Of a DNA stretch of 64,000 nt, positions 9,819 through 20,124 are shown in pieces; positions within the stretch are counted from its first letter, which is position 1; every line of letters starts with the position of its first letter. The stretch comes from Limisphaerales bacterium. GTDB taxonomy: Bacteria > Verrucomicrobiota > Verrucomicrobiia > Limisphaerales > JAJOIW01. The DNA is taken from contig CBFHOE010000004.1 in NCBI GenBank assembly GCA_965657355.1, forward strand, positions 6,072-70,071, given 5' to 3'. The position numbers and the translations under genes were made by a program. The notes beneath the pieces are model-generated. The model saw only the letters and a program-made list of their open reading frames with translations, was not told the DNA's origin and did no database searches.

Positions 9819-9860
9819 ACTTTCTAAACTGCACGTAATTATTCGGTATTTTCATCTAGA

Positions 9861-11426
9861 ATGGACGAAATAGTAGGGTCAAATTCTGCCTCAGCCACAT
9901 ATACCATGGCTGGCTTTGGAAGTGGATTAATATTCGCATTGCTCGTCTATCTTTTCTTCAAAAACAGAATTAAAAACCAGTGTCAAACCGAAATCGATAA
10001 AGCAACAAATGAGGCTTCAGCCATCCTTGCAAATGCCGAAGTTGACGCGAAAAATTCTTCAAACGAAATAATTGATCAAGCTCGGCAAAAAGCTCGAGAA
10101 ATAGAGCTTTCTCTTTTAGATTATGAAAAGAGGTTATCCAAGGAATCTGCTATTCTTGAAGCCGAAAAAATAAGCAATAAAAAAGAAATTAAATCTCTAG
10201 AGGATAAAAAGGATTCCCTTTTGGAACTAGAAAAATACCTAACGACGCTGGTAGAGAAAAATTCTGAAACTGAATCAAACTTGCGAAAACAGCTCGAAGA
10301 TATTTCTGGGCTCGATTTTAAAGAAGCTCGTTCCAAACTACTCTCAGATGCTGAGGAAAGCGCTGAATTAGAATCACAGCAAATTTCAAAACGAATTGTC
10401 GAGAAAGCTAAACTGGATGCGGAGTCTGAGGCTAAAAAGATTATAGCATCAGCCATATACAGATATGCTGGTGAGTTTACGTATGATTCCACAACTTCTA
10501 CCGTTACTTTGCCTAGTGGTGAAATCAAAGGAAGAATAATTGGAAGAGAGGGTAGAAATATTCGTGCTTTTGAAATGGCTACTGGGGTTACTGTCCTCAT
10601 TGATGATACACCAAATGCTGTAGTTATTTCGGGATTTGATCCGGTGCGACGTGAGATAGCCAAAAATGCCATGGAAAGGCTAATTGAGGATGGAAGAATT
10701 CATCCGACAAGGATTGAAGAGGTGGTTGAAAAAAGCCGTGAGGATATTGAGCAAGCTATTACAACCGCTGGATTCGAAGCCCAACAAAAAATTCAAATTC
10801 CAATGCTCAATCAAGATGTCACCCATGTTCTTGGAAAATTAAAATTTAGATTGAGCTACTCGCAGAATATATTAGATCACAGTATTGAAGTGGCTCGAAT
10901 ATGTGGCTTGCTGGCATCAGAATTAGGCTGTGATGAAAAGGTCGCTAAACAGTGTGGTTTACTGCATGACATCGGGAAAGCGATTAATCATGAAAACGAG
11001 GGCGGGCATGCTTCAGTCGGTGCTGATTTTTTGAAGAAAAATGGATTGCCAGACGAGGTTGTAAATGGGGTAGCTTCGCATCATTTGGAAGTAGAGTCTG
11101 AAGGCCCATATGGAATATTAGTTGGGGCAGCAGACGCTATCAGTGCCGCCCGGCCAGGGGCTCGCTCGGAATCCCTAAATACATACTTGAATAGAATCGA
11201 AGAACTTGAAAAATTGGCAGATTCTTTTCCTGGAATCAAAAAAAGCTTTGCGGTCCATGCAGGTCGAGAGGTGAGAGTACTGGTAAACGCTGATGAGGTA
11301 GATGACATGGAGGCATACAAATTAGCTCGATCCTTGGCTCGGTCTATCGAGGACAAGCTGCAATATCCGGGGCAAATCCGAGTGACTGTCATTCGAGAGA
11401 CTAGGTGTGTTGAATTTGCAAAGTGA
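9861..11426 (+). CDS. rny: Ribonuclease Y
   Basis: N-terminal TM helix, coiled coil, KH (KGRIIGREGRNIR), HD domain (LLHDIGK), DAISAARPGAR, YPGQIRVTVIRE. Confidence 0.96.
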   Translation: MDEIVGSNSASATYTMAGFGSGLIFALLVYLFFKNRIKNQCQTEIDKATNEASAILANAEVDAKNSSNEIIDQARQKAREIELSLLDYEKRLSKESAILEAEKISNKKEIKSLEDKKDSLLELEKYLTTLVEKNSETESNLRKQLEDISGLDFKEARSKLLSDAEESAELESQQISKRIVEKAKLDAESEAKKIIASAIYRYAGEFTYDSTTSTVTLPSGEIKGRIIGREGRNIRAFEMATGVTVLIDDTPNAVVISGFDPVRREIAKNAMERLIEDGRIHPTRIEEVVEKSREDIEQAITTAGFEAQQKIQIPMLNQDVTHVLGKLKFRLSYSQNILDHSIEVARICGLLASELGCDEKVAKQCGLLHDIGKAINHENEGGHASVGADFLKKNGLPDEVVNGVASHHLEVESEGPYGILVGAADAISAARPGARSESLNTYLNRIEELEKLADSFPGIKKSFAVHAGREVRVLVNADEVDDMEAYKLARSLARSIEDKLQYPGQIRVTVIRETRCVEFAK

Positions 11427-13580
11427 AACATTTAATTATATCGAGCTCCCGGCGCCCTAATGGGCTAGGCCTTTTTGCTTTTTTTTATCTGTCGCTCGCT
11501 TCCGTTTTCTTCATTTTAGCAGATTGTTCTCTCTTAAAGGCGGAAGTGCTTACGGTTGAGATGGCAAATAATCACCATTGTGAAGTGACCCCAGAAGTAA
11601 ATGGTGTATTCAAAGTCGAAACAAATGGCGATGACCCTTACTTTTACATCAAGCCGATTACCGCAGGAAAAAATTTAGGCTCGGGTGGGATCTTGTCATT
11701 TGATTATTTTTCAACCGCGGGGTCCTCTTTTCTGCAGGTTTTCATTGCACCCAATGTTTCTGAATCTGGCAGTATAATGGCTCCTGGAATTGAGCCCTCA
11801 CAAGGTTGGGCACATTATTGGGTAGATCTCTCAAAACTAACCAAAAGTAGGTCACCAAAAAGTATTTCCGGTTTTAGAATAGATCCAGGTCGAAAAGCTG
11901 GAGGAATTTTTTATTTTAAAAATTTCCAGTGGAGAGAACCAAGCCAGAATGAAGTCAGAATCCTAGAAGAGGAATCTTTTAAACAAAAACAGGAGTCTCG
12001 AGCTCACAATAAACTTTATGATTATCTTTTTGAGAAAAACCACCCGGTTCAGATAGCAAAGTCCGAATATTTTAGACACAGTTTAAGGTTGGAAATGCGT
12101 TCCAAACCACAACTTAAAAACACAGATAGCACATATCTTGCAAAATTTCCCTTCCATGCGAGCCTAACAGAAATACATCTAGGCAAAAAGGTTTGTCGTT
12201 TTGACCCTGACGATGATGGTCGATTCATTTACTTGAAAAATAAAGTAACCTTTTATGATGATGTCTTATCAAAGTATGCGGTTGTCAGATATAGTCAGTA
12301 TGGTGAAAGAGATCCCGAATTATTAGTCGCCTTTTCGCTTTGTAGAGATTATTGGATCTGGTGATAAAAACCCAGCATACCTGCCGCGTAATAAAAAGGG
12401 TCTTGGTGCTTTGGGTATGGAGCGGCCATTAACTGATATTAAACAATTGGGTGTTTCTGCAGTAACTGTAAATATTCTTCTGAGTGATTTTTTCAATAAA
12501 AAAAATGCGGATGGTTCTCAAGTTTATCAATTCGATGGGAGGGAATATTTTGTATCTCTGGCGGCCTTACAAAAATACGATAAGATTTTGAGACATGCGC
12601 GTAAACATCGTTTGGTTGTCTCTGCGATTCTTCTTTTGCCTCAGATAAAAAGTTTTAGAAATAAAACTATTGGACATCGTTTAGTTCACAGGGATGCTGA
12701 TCCGGTAGGGGTATTTGCAATGCCTTATACGGATTCTGAAAAAGGTATAGAAGATTATGCTTTTATTATCGACTTGTTATCCAAGAGATATAATGGAGGG
12801 GAAAAGAACCAAGGTTTAATCCATTATTGGATCATACATAACGAGGTGAATTCTGCATGGGTTTGGACTAACGCGGGTAAAAAAACAGCACTCCGATATA
12901 TGGATTTATATGTCAAATCCATGAGGTTAGTTGATATAATTTCCCGTCGATATAATCCTCATTCGAAGGTGTTTATCTCGCTTGACCATCATTGGGCTAG
13001 CAAGCACGGTGATAAGAGCTTCCCGGGTAAGCTGCTTTTAGATTATTTGGTTCAATACACATCGAAAGAGGGGGATTTCGAGTGGGCTCTAGCGCATCAT
13101 CCCTACCCGGAGAGGCTAAATGATCCTAAGGTTTGGCAAGACACCCAGATTGATTATTCTTTTGAAACCCCGAAAATAACTTTCAAAAATATCGAAGTTT
13201 TAGTGAGCTACCTCAAACAAAAGAGGTTTCTATACAAAGGTGACGTCAGATCAGTTCATCTCTCAGAGCAGGGATTTAACTCGCCGAGTTATTCCGAAGA
13301 GGATCTACTCAATCAAGCCGCGGGCCTGGCCTATGCTTGGGAAAAAATACGTGACTTGAGCCCTGTTGAAATTTTTCATTATCATAATTGGGTCGATAAC
13401 AGGCATGAGGGTGGACTCAAAATAGGATTGAGAAAGTTTGTTGACGATGCTACTGAACCTTTGGGGAAAAAGCCTATTTGGTATCTATTTAAATCTTTGG
13501 GGACACCCGATGAGAGGAAATCCATGGAGTTCGCCTTGCCGATAATCGGAATAAGTGAGTGGTCTGAAATTAATCGGTAA
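11423..13580 (+). pseudogene. DUF5722-like putative glycoside hydrolase, split by a +1 frameshift near 12326 (pseudogene or sequencing error)
   Basis: ORFs 11423-12364 and 12411-13580 join into one frame if the G at 12326 is removed (ELL-SPFRFVE...NKKGLG); WIIHNEVN, HHPYP and LSEQG suggest a GH-A TIM barrel. Confidence 0.7.
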
Positions 13581-13597
13581 TAAGCAGAATGAATAAA

Positions 13598-14374
13598 TCA
13601 ATCCACAGAATTTAATTGGAATATTTTTGTTTCTACGCCGGGCGAGTAGAGGATGCTGCACGGTTTTTCGGTGGGCTCCAATATATCCGAATCCCTAAAT
13701 GTCGTAGTATTTAGTCTCAATAATTTTGCTTGTGCGAATCTATAAGGAACGTGCGATACCCTACCTTGATACAGCTGTGACTTTATTTTATCCCAGCTGA
13801 ATAGGAGGTAACGCTCTACCAAAAAATATTCCAACGTCTCTCTTTTTGCACGAACAAAATTTGATTCAGCAGAGGGCCTTTTGTATACGATTTCACTAGA
13901 CGAGGAATTGGATTTGGTATTTAACAAGTTACTTTTTCTTGCGGATAGGTAATGAACAGTTTTCGCTTCTTCATCATTACACTTTGAGCTCATTTTACAC
14001 CAATGATATGGAAGCTGAAATAGTGATCTAGCAGTCGTGACAGCCACGAGATTTGCGGCGTCAAGAGAGAAGAACCAAACTCCCGGATCGCCTTTTTCTG
14101 ATATAACATAAGTCCTTAAGTTGAGTTCAAGAAATCGAGATGTTCCGGGAATAGGAGGTGTGTTAACAAACCTGACAGCCTCCATTTCAAATGGGACCAA
14201 TCCAACATACGCATCGTTGTTATATGTGTCTACTTTCAATCCCGGGGGGAGCAAACATTGAATAACTTCTGGGGATACCTTCCAATGAATAAACAGAATG
14301 TTTTTCCACCTCTGTTGCATCACCATGCGCTCTGATGAATTGATCTGGTAATTATTCATTTGCTTAACACTCAC
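13598..14374 (-). CDS. YqjF/DUF2071 family protein
   Basis: MQQRWKNILFIHW, FLELNLRTYV, PGVWFFSLDA, FLVERY. Confidence 0.85.
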   Translation of the reverse strand: MSVKQMNNYQINSSERMVMQQRWKNILFIHWKVSPEVIQCLLPPGLKVDTYNNDAYVGLVPFEMEAVRFVNTPPIPGTSRFLELNLRTYVISEKGDPGVWFFSLDAANLVAVTTARSLFQLPYHWCKMSSKCNDEEAKTVHYLSARKSNLLNTKSNSSSSEIVYKRPSAESNFVRAKRETLEYFLVERYLLFSWDKIKSQLYQGRVSHVPYRFAQAKLLRLNTTTFRDSDILEPTEKPCSILYSPGVETKIFQLNSVD

Positions 14375-14387
14375 TCAAACCTCTCAT

Positions 14388-15254
14388 CTAAACGAAACTA
14401 GATTCTTCAAGTCTTCCTATTTGTATGATGAGCCCACGAAAAATTTTATCAAATTCCTTATGCGTGTAGACTCGGAAACCCATTTCTGGGTCTGCAACTA
14501 GAATTTGTGATTCGCCCACATCAAGAACGCAAACATAATGGTTTTCAAAGGCAGAGTGTTTTACCAGGGCGACTGATGGAGATCCCGAAGGAATCTGCGA
14601 TGCTTTGTCAGGCGTTAGAATCTTGGTTTTAATAAGATATTTATCTCCGAGTAACTTATCTATGGCTTGTTTTAGGTTTAATGGCTGTGTTCCTGAAAAC
14701 TGGCTTGTTTTTGCCGCAACCGCCAATTCAGCTTCAGATGAGAAAATCTGGAGTTGGAGCAATGCTGTCACAGTAGCAGCTGGCCCACATGAAAAGGTAG
14801 TGGTCTGTCGACATACGCCATCCTCATCTATGAGCGTATCCGATTGCGTCCAGTCAGGGTATGTTAATACCCATCCGTAGCCAGGTAATATGGAAAGTCT
14901 AAGAATCGTTACTAAACTAAGGAGAAAAATAAGCGATCTCGAAGATTTATGAGGCCATTGAACAGATAAAATCCAAAAAATCGATGCAAACAAAAACGCG
15001 TTAACTAAAAAAAGATTGTTATGCCAAACAATAGGCCATGTCCCAGAAGAAATAGCCAAAGTATGAACCCTTCCTGCTAACCCTAAAAATACGGCAGTGG
15101 AACTTAAAATGAGGAAATATCCCACCCAAATTTTCTTTGCCTTGAAGAACCTTTGGCTCAGCCATGCAGTTAAAATACCTGCAATAACGGTTATAATAAA
15201 CGGAAGGAATTCCCAGATGTAAAGACTCGACTTCACTATATTAGATTGCAGCAA
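14388..15254 (-). CDS. Membrane-anchored peptidase C39-like protein
   Basis: About four N-terminal hydrophobic helices, then QTTTFSCGPAA, NHYV and VADP (Cys-His-Asp triad). Confidence 0.75.
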   Translation of the reverse strand: MLQSNIVKSSLYIWEFLPFIITVIAGILTAWLSQRFFKAKKIWVGYFLILSSTAVFLGLAGRVHTLAISSGTWPIVWHNNLFLVNAFLFASIFWILSVQWPHKSSRSLIFLLSLVTILRLSILPGYGWVLTYPDWTQSDTLIDEDGVCRQTTTFSCGPAATVTALLQLQIFSSEAELAVAAKTSQFSGTQPLNLKQAIDKLLGDKYLIKTKILTPDKASQIPSGSPSVALVKHSAFENHYVCVLDVGESQILVADPEMGFRVYTHKEFDKIFRGLIIQIGRLEESSFV

Positions 15255-15332
15255 ATTTCCGAAATATCAACTTTACGATTGATTCCAAGTCTGTGTTGAC
15301 CAAGAGAATGAAATTGTCCGATAGTAACTTCA

Positions 15333-16538
15333 ATGCGTATATTTTTACTCAGCCACGAGCCTTTATATCCACCCACGGGCGGTGGGTCCTCTGAGGCTGT
15401 TTTTCTAGTTAAAGAATTAATTTCTCGGGGCCACCAAGTCACTTTTATCGGCCCACTTCATGATTCCATAACATCCGAAAATTTAGAATCGCTAATGGGC
15501 GTTGATATCGTTTCTTTTAAAAGCTTTAAAATGGGCAGATACGCCAAGCTGAGGACTTTGAAATACTTACTCTATCCATTTTTTTTATCACAGCACATCG
15601 AATGTGCATTGAGGTCTAAAAATTGTGACCTCATCATAGGTCAGCATTCCATAAGCTCAGTTGCTGCAGGGTGGGTGGGCTTGCGAAAAGAGATCCCTGT
15701 CGTGATGAATTTTTTAGATTTTTTGACAGGGTTTATGGATACGTGGCCAGAACATTTAATGCCAAAGCCATTTTTGTATTTTCTCAAACGTTTTGAGCTA
15801 TCTCTACCGATGAGATTTCGAGCTTCGGGAGTTTTGTGCATTTCTGATGCTTTGCGTCATCGGTTCCAATCACTGGAATATGCGGATAGTAAGATGATGA
15901 ATATGTATTTCGGTTTCGACCAAAGTGCATTCCCTTACATAAAAAATTCAAGCGAAGATTTTAATACGCACACAAATCCCGTCAAACTTGTGATGCACGG
16001 TTCGATGGATAATCACCATCTTGGTCCTATTTTGCTTCAAGCATTAAAAGAGATTACATCTAAAGAAAGTCATAGAGTATTCGAGCTTCATTTTGTTGGA
16101 ATGGTTACCAGTCATTTAGATGGTTTTATGGAAGAATTACATGATCAGGGTATACCTGTTAAGGTAGTTACCCATGGGTTTATCGAATACAATCTTATCG
16201 CCAAAACAATTAATAAAGCTCATATCGGACTTGTGCCTTATGAAGAAAATGACGGTTCACATTGCGCATTTGTCGCAAAAGCTGTTGAATATGCAGCTGT
16301 AGGTTTACCAGTTGTTGCGACAAAATTAGAAGGTTTACAAAAATATTTTCAAGAAATACCAACTTTCAAGTTCTCGAATTTTTCCGGGCAATCATTTGGC
16401 TCAATGATTTTAGAAATGTGTGATGATTATCCAAGTTGTGAGTTAATTGAAAGCGCTAGTGATAAGGTTCATGCTGAATTATCATGGAAAAATATATGCG
16501 AGAAGGCCGTGGACTTTATTGAGGTTGTCGGAAAGTAG
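15333..16538 (+). CDS. Glycosyltransferase, GT4 (GT-B) family
   Basis: MRIFLLS..YPPTGGG, RGHQV, KAVEYAAVGLPVVAT, LSWKN. Confidence 0.85.
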   Translation: MRIFLLSHEPLYPPTGGGSSEAVFLVKELISRGHQVTFIGPLHDSITSENLESLMGVDIVSFKSFKMGRYAKLRTLKYLLYPFFLSQHIECALRSKNCDLIIGQHSISSVAAGWVGLRKEIPVVMNFLDFLTGFMDTWPEHLMPKPFLYFLKRFELSLPMRFRASGVLCISDALRHRFQSLEYADSKMMNMYFGFDQSAFPYIKNSSEDFNTHTNPVKLVMHGSMDNHHLGPILLQALKEITSKESHRVFELHFVGMVTSHLDGFMEELHDQGIPVKVVTHGFIEYNLIAKTINKAHIGLVPYEENDGSHCAFVAKAVEYAAVGLPVVATKLEGLQKYFQEIPTFKFSNFSGQSFGSMILEMCDDYPSCELIESASDKVHAELSWKNICEKAVDFIEVVGK

Positions 16539-17052
16539 AAAAATTAAAAACTCAGAGTTATCTGCGGTCCCCTTCCAGTCGGTTCGTTCTTCATTTGTTA
16601 CTAACGGTTTTGGGAGTTTTCTTGTTTCTATTGTATTTAGAACGCCTACCGCACCATTCAGGTTCTTGTATTAACACTAACCTTATGCTGGCTAGTAACC
16701 CGCTCATTTAAAAAATTAAATAGTTTAATGCGTTGGAGTTGATACACTAAAACATAGTCTTTACTTTTTTGTTCCTTTAAAATTGGGGCTGTATAATAAA
16801 AAATCTGACACAGGAATTTAGCTTTGCTCTATTACTGGATTTTAGAAAAACCACAAACTGGGCAGCTACCTGGTCACTTGCAAATTATTCAAATAACTTA
16901 TTAGATAATCTTACTTTGCTAAAACAATTTCAGATAAAATCTTCTCATGTTCTTAGTGTTTCAGAATACAAAAGTGGCCTATTTTTTGATCTCATTAAAT
17001 TTGTGTCCCTTGCCTTTATTTCATTAAATCGTATACCTTTCAGACATTGGAT

Positions 17053-18135
17053 ATGCTAAAAGACTTATACAACATTGGTAGTGGATTTATTCCTTTGTTC
17101 ATTGGCTTGACTGTTACCTTGGGGTTCATTTGGCTTCTGGATTTTATTTTGTTGAGGCGTCATAGAAAATCTATCAATAGTTCCATCTTGCCGGGGAAAC
17201 TCATCATCTTTTTTGTTTTCTTGGCCATTTTATTTGAAGTTCTTGTTTTATTGCCTGTTAGCGATGAGCTGAGATTACAAATCATGAGTTTGCTTGGGAT
17301 TGTGCTGACTGCTGTCATAGCTGTCTCGTCAACGACTTTTGTTTCCAATGCAATGGCGGGAATAATGTTGCGGATGGTCAGATCATTCAGGCCGGGTGAT
17401 TTTTTAAAAGTAGGGGAGAAGTTTGGCAAGGTGAGTGAGTTGGGTCTCTTTCATACGGAGATTCAAACCGAAGACAGAGACCTATCTACTTTACCTAATA
17501 TGCAACTTGTTACCCAACCAGTGACGGTGGTGCACCGCGCGGGCACGATTGTTAGTGCTGTGGTTTCATTGGGATATGATGAACCATGTGAAAAAATTGA
17601 AGACTTATTAAAACAGTCGGTGGTTGAAGCAGGTCTATCGGATCCTTTTGTTTTGGTGAAGTCATTGGGTGATTTTTCGGTGACTTACCAAGCATCAGGT
17701 TTCTATCAAGAAGTAAAACAACTTCTTACCGTACGATCAGACCTGCACAAATCCATTCTGAAAATACTTCATCAATCCGGTGTCGAGATTGTTTCGCCTG
17801 CTTTTATGAACCAGAGGCGGCTCCCCCTGAATCAGCCAATTATACCTTTGGCTGAGAATGGACCCGGGGTAAACAAAAAAATCGGGGAAAACACCGTCAA
17901 CGAGGCGTTTCCCGAAGATATCATGTTCGATAAGGCGCACCAGGCAGAATATATAGAATCCCTTAAAGATAGACGTGTGGAAATTTTAGAAAAAATTAAA
18001 ACTTTGAACGAAGAAAAAAATAGTGAGAAGAAATCCGATGGTGCCTTAATCGGTATGAAAATCGCATCCTTAGAAAATCAGGTTAGGTATTTGGATCGAC
18101 ATATAGAAATTCAGTCTTCCGAGTTCCCAGATTAG
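17053..18135 (+). CDS. Mechanosensitive ion channel, MscS family
   Basis: Three TM helices, SNAMAGIML..RSFRPGDF, LPN, GVEIVSP. Confidence 0.88.
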   Translation: MLKDLYNIGSGFIPLFIGLTVTLGFIWLLDFILLRRHRKSINSSILPGKLIIFFVFLAILFEVLVLLPVSDELRLQIMSLLGIVLTAVIAVSSTTFVSNAMAGIMLRMVRSFRPGDFLKVGEKFGKVSELGLFHTEIQTEDRDLSTLPNMQLVTQPVTVVHRAGTIVSAVVSLGYDEPCEKIEDLLKQSVVEAGLSDPFVLVKSLGDFSVTYQASGFYQEVKQLLTVRSDLHKSILKILHQSGVEIVSPAFMNQRRLPLNQPIIPLAENGPGVNKKIGENTVNEAFPEDIMFDKAHQAEYIESLKDRRVEILEKIKTLNEEKNSEKKSDGALIGMKIASLENQVRYLDRHIEIQSSEFPD

Positions 18136-18163
18136 AGAAACGTGGAGGTGGGAATATAGGTGA

Positions 18164-18637
18164 CTAAAGCCTGACTGTATCTCCGACTTCGATATTCCCA
18201 TTTTTAATTACTTTTGCCGTTATACCGCCATGCCCCCTCATTGCATGGTAACCTCCTGGCCCAAGGGTTTCCTCCATTCGTGAGCAAGGGTGGCAGTGGC
18301 CAGTTCCTTCTAATATACATGAACCTATTTGGAATTTTTCCAATTTCAATGCCCATATATTAATTCCGCTTACGACGATATTTCTACGCAATATTGCTGG
18401 CTTAATGCTTTTCTTAAGAAGGGACTCAATAATGATAAAATGCTCGGCTTGGATGAGTGTAATTTGTCGTTTTCTACTTTTATTGTGATAATGATCACCA
18501 GCTATTCCTTCTTCCATAGACACTTGGATACTATTCATTTCAACAACTTCATGTCTGTGTTTGGGCCGAATACCAATCCAGTCAACTTGCCCTACCAGGC
18601 AGCATTCATGCACAAGAGATTGGAATTCCTTTTCCAT
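18164..18637 (-). CDS. MOSC domain protein (YiiM-like)
   Basis: GIAGD, RQITLIQAEH, LRRNIVV, CHPCSRME, RGHGGITA; ATG overlaps upstream TGA. Confidence 0.9.
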   Translation of the reverse strand: MEKEFQSLVHECCLVGQVDWIGIRPKHRHEVVEMNSIQVSMEEGIAGDHYHNKSRKRQITLIQAEHFIIIESLLKKSIKPAILRRNIVVSGINIWALKLEKFQIGSCILEGTGHCHPCSRMEETLGPGGYHAMRGHGGITAKVIKNGNIEVGDTVRL

Positions 18638-20100
18638 CAATTTTTCAAATTAGTAAGTGTGGAATTTATCCACTCATCCAAAGGCTGAAATTGAGTGGGG
18701 TCTATATCTACAGAGGAACCAAAGGGTGCTAAATTAAGCGACTGGGTTTCTATCATTCCATTCGAAATCCTTAAGCTGGGAATGCCTGATTTTTGATTTT
18801 CATACATGTCTGAGTGACAAGATTGGACAGATTTTTGAAGATCATTGGGAATCATATTGAGACCGTTAAAATAATGGTGGCCGTTTCTTTCAACATGGTT
18901 GATGCCCAGTGTATTCATCATTGCAAGATCTTGCAGTAAGGCAATTGGCCCAACATTTGCCAAGTCCTCGCCGCTCAGTATGACTGCCTTGCTATTGTGT
19001 GAATTCCAATACTGTAGGTAGGCTGCATTGATAAGCCCTTTAATAATACCTTTACAGTTTTTATGGCTTGTCCCGCTGTATCCCAAATCCAGGGCGGTTG
19101 GCAAATCGCTAAGGTCACCATCCGCCTCATCAATAATAACACCCGGTGATTTTTCCCAGTCTGCAAGCTGATTCTTTGTATCTGGTGAAAGCGCATTCGA
19201 GCGGTGGATGGGTTGTTCCACTAAAATAAGATTTTGCAGTAACATTTTTTCTATACGACTATTTTGTAGCAGTAAGTCCCAACATGATCTAAATGCATTG
19301 AAATCTTGAAATTGCTCATTACCGTCCAGGGTGATTCGAAATCCCTCTCCTATTTCTTTATTGAATAGTAAGGCAATTCGCTCCAGTCGCGGAACGTCAA
19401 CGTTTGAATTACCAGACAGTTTTAACTTAAAATATGTGAGCTGATATTTTCGAATGTTTTCAATCAATGTGAATGGGAGTTCATCATCAGGTCTGGAACT
19501 GTCTTTTACGTCTTTGTCTTCAAGCGGATCACCAAGTCCGACAGTATGCCGGATGTGACAGCGGCTTATTGGGGAAGGCTTGATAAAATCTTCAATAGAA
19601 ACTTTTGATAATTCCGGATGTATTTCCTCAAATTGAATACCTAGTAAATTTGTGTAAATCGCCCTGTGAAGAGTTGTTTTTTTGGCTTTGAGATAAGCAT
19701 CTAAAGCTGCTCTTTCTACCAGACTCAAAGCAAAATTTGCCAAGAGTGATGGCACATTATGTTTGGACCACGATTTTTTAAATTGTTGGTAGAATTCGAT
19801 CCAAAATCGAAAAAATGATTGGTTGTTCCCAAGTTGCAGCGCAACATTTACGGCGGATTTTATAACATTAATTTCACTTTTCAGATCCTCTTCGAATGTA
19901 GTGTCGGGATTTTTTGTGAACCACTTTGGCGGGAACCCTTCGGAAGCCAGGCCGGTAGTTTTGTTCGCTCCAACCTCAATAGTTGCCGACACAAACAAAT
20001 GAGGAAGATGGGTCATGCTCGCTATACCGTATTTGAATGGAAAACGGGTTTCCATTGGTAAAATATGTATAGAAATATCTTTTATCTGAAATTGACTCAT
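18637..20100 (-). CDS. Enolase-superfamily (mandelate racemase/MLE-like) protein of unknown substrate
   Basis: KxK motif YFKLKL, metal ligands LDGNE / VEQP / IDEAD, second Lys in HKNCKG. Confidence 0.65.
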   Translation of the reverse strand: MSQFQIKDISIHILPMETRFPFKYGIASMTHLPHLFVSATIEVGANKTTGLASEGFPPKWFTKNPDTTFEEDLKSEINVIKSAVNVALQLGNNQSFFRFWIEFYQQFKKSWSKHNVPSLLANFALSLVERAALDAYLKAKKTTLHRAIYTNLLGIQFEEIHPELSKVSIEDFIKPSPISRCHIRHTVGLGDPLEDKDVKDSSRPDDELPFTLIENIRKYQLTYFKLKLSGNSNVDVPRLERIALLFNKEIGEGFRITLDGNEQFQDFNAFRSCWDLLLQNSRIEKMLLQNLILVEQPIHRSNALSPDTKNQLADWEKSPGVIIDEADGDLSDLPTALDLGYSGTSHKNCKGIIKGLINAAYLQYWNSHNSKAVILSGEDLANVGPIALLQDLAMMNTLGINHVERNGHHYFNGLNMIPNDLQKSVQSCHSDMYENQKSGIPSLRISNGMIETQSLNLAPFGSSVDIDPTQFQPLDEWINSTLTNLKN

Positions 20101-20124
20101 AAATACATTTGAATTTTAGAACAA

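Noticed and set aside
12362..12364. TGA read-through (selenocysteine) joining the two DUF5722-like ORFs
   Set aside because: The TGA is followed by TAA and the ORFs are in different frames; a +1 indel explains the split.
16539..17046. 500-bp AT-rich gap with a 38-codon minus-strand ORF (MSGLLASIR...)
   Set aside because: No motif, RBS, GG leader, repeat or stable structure that I can support.
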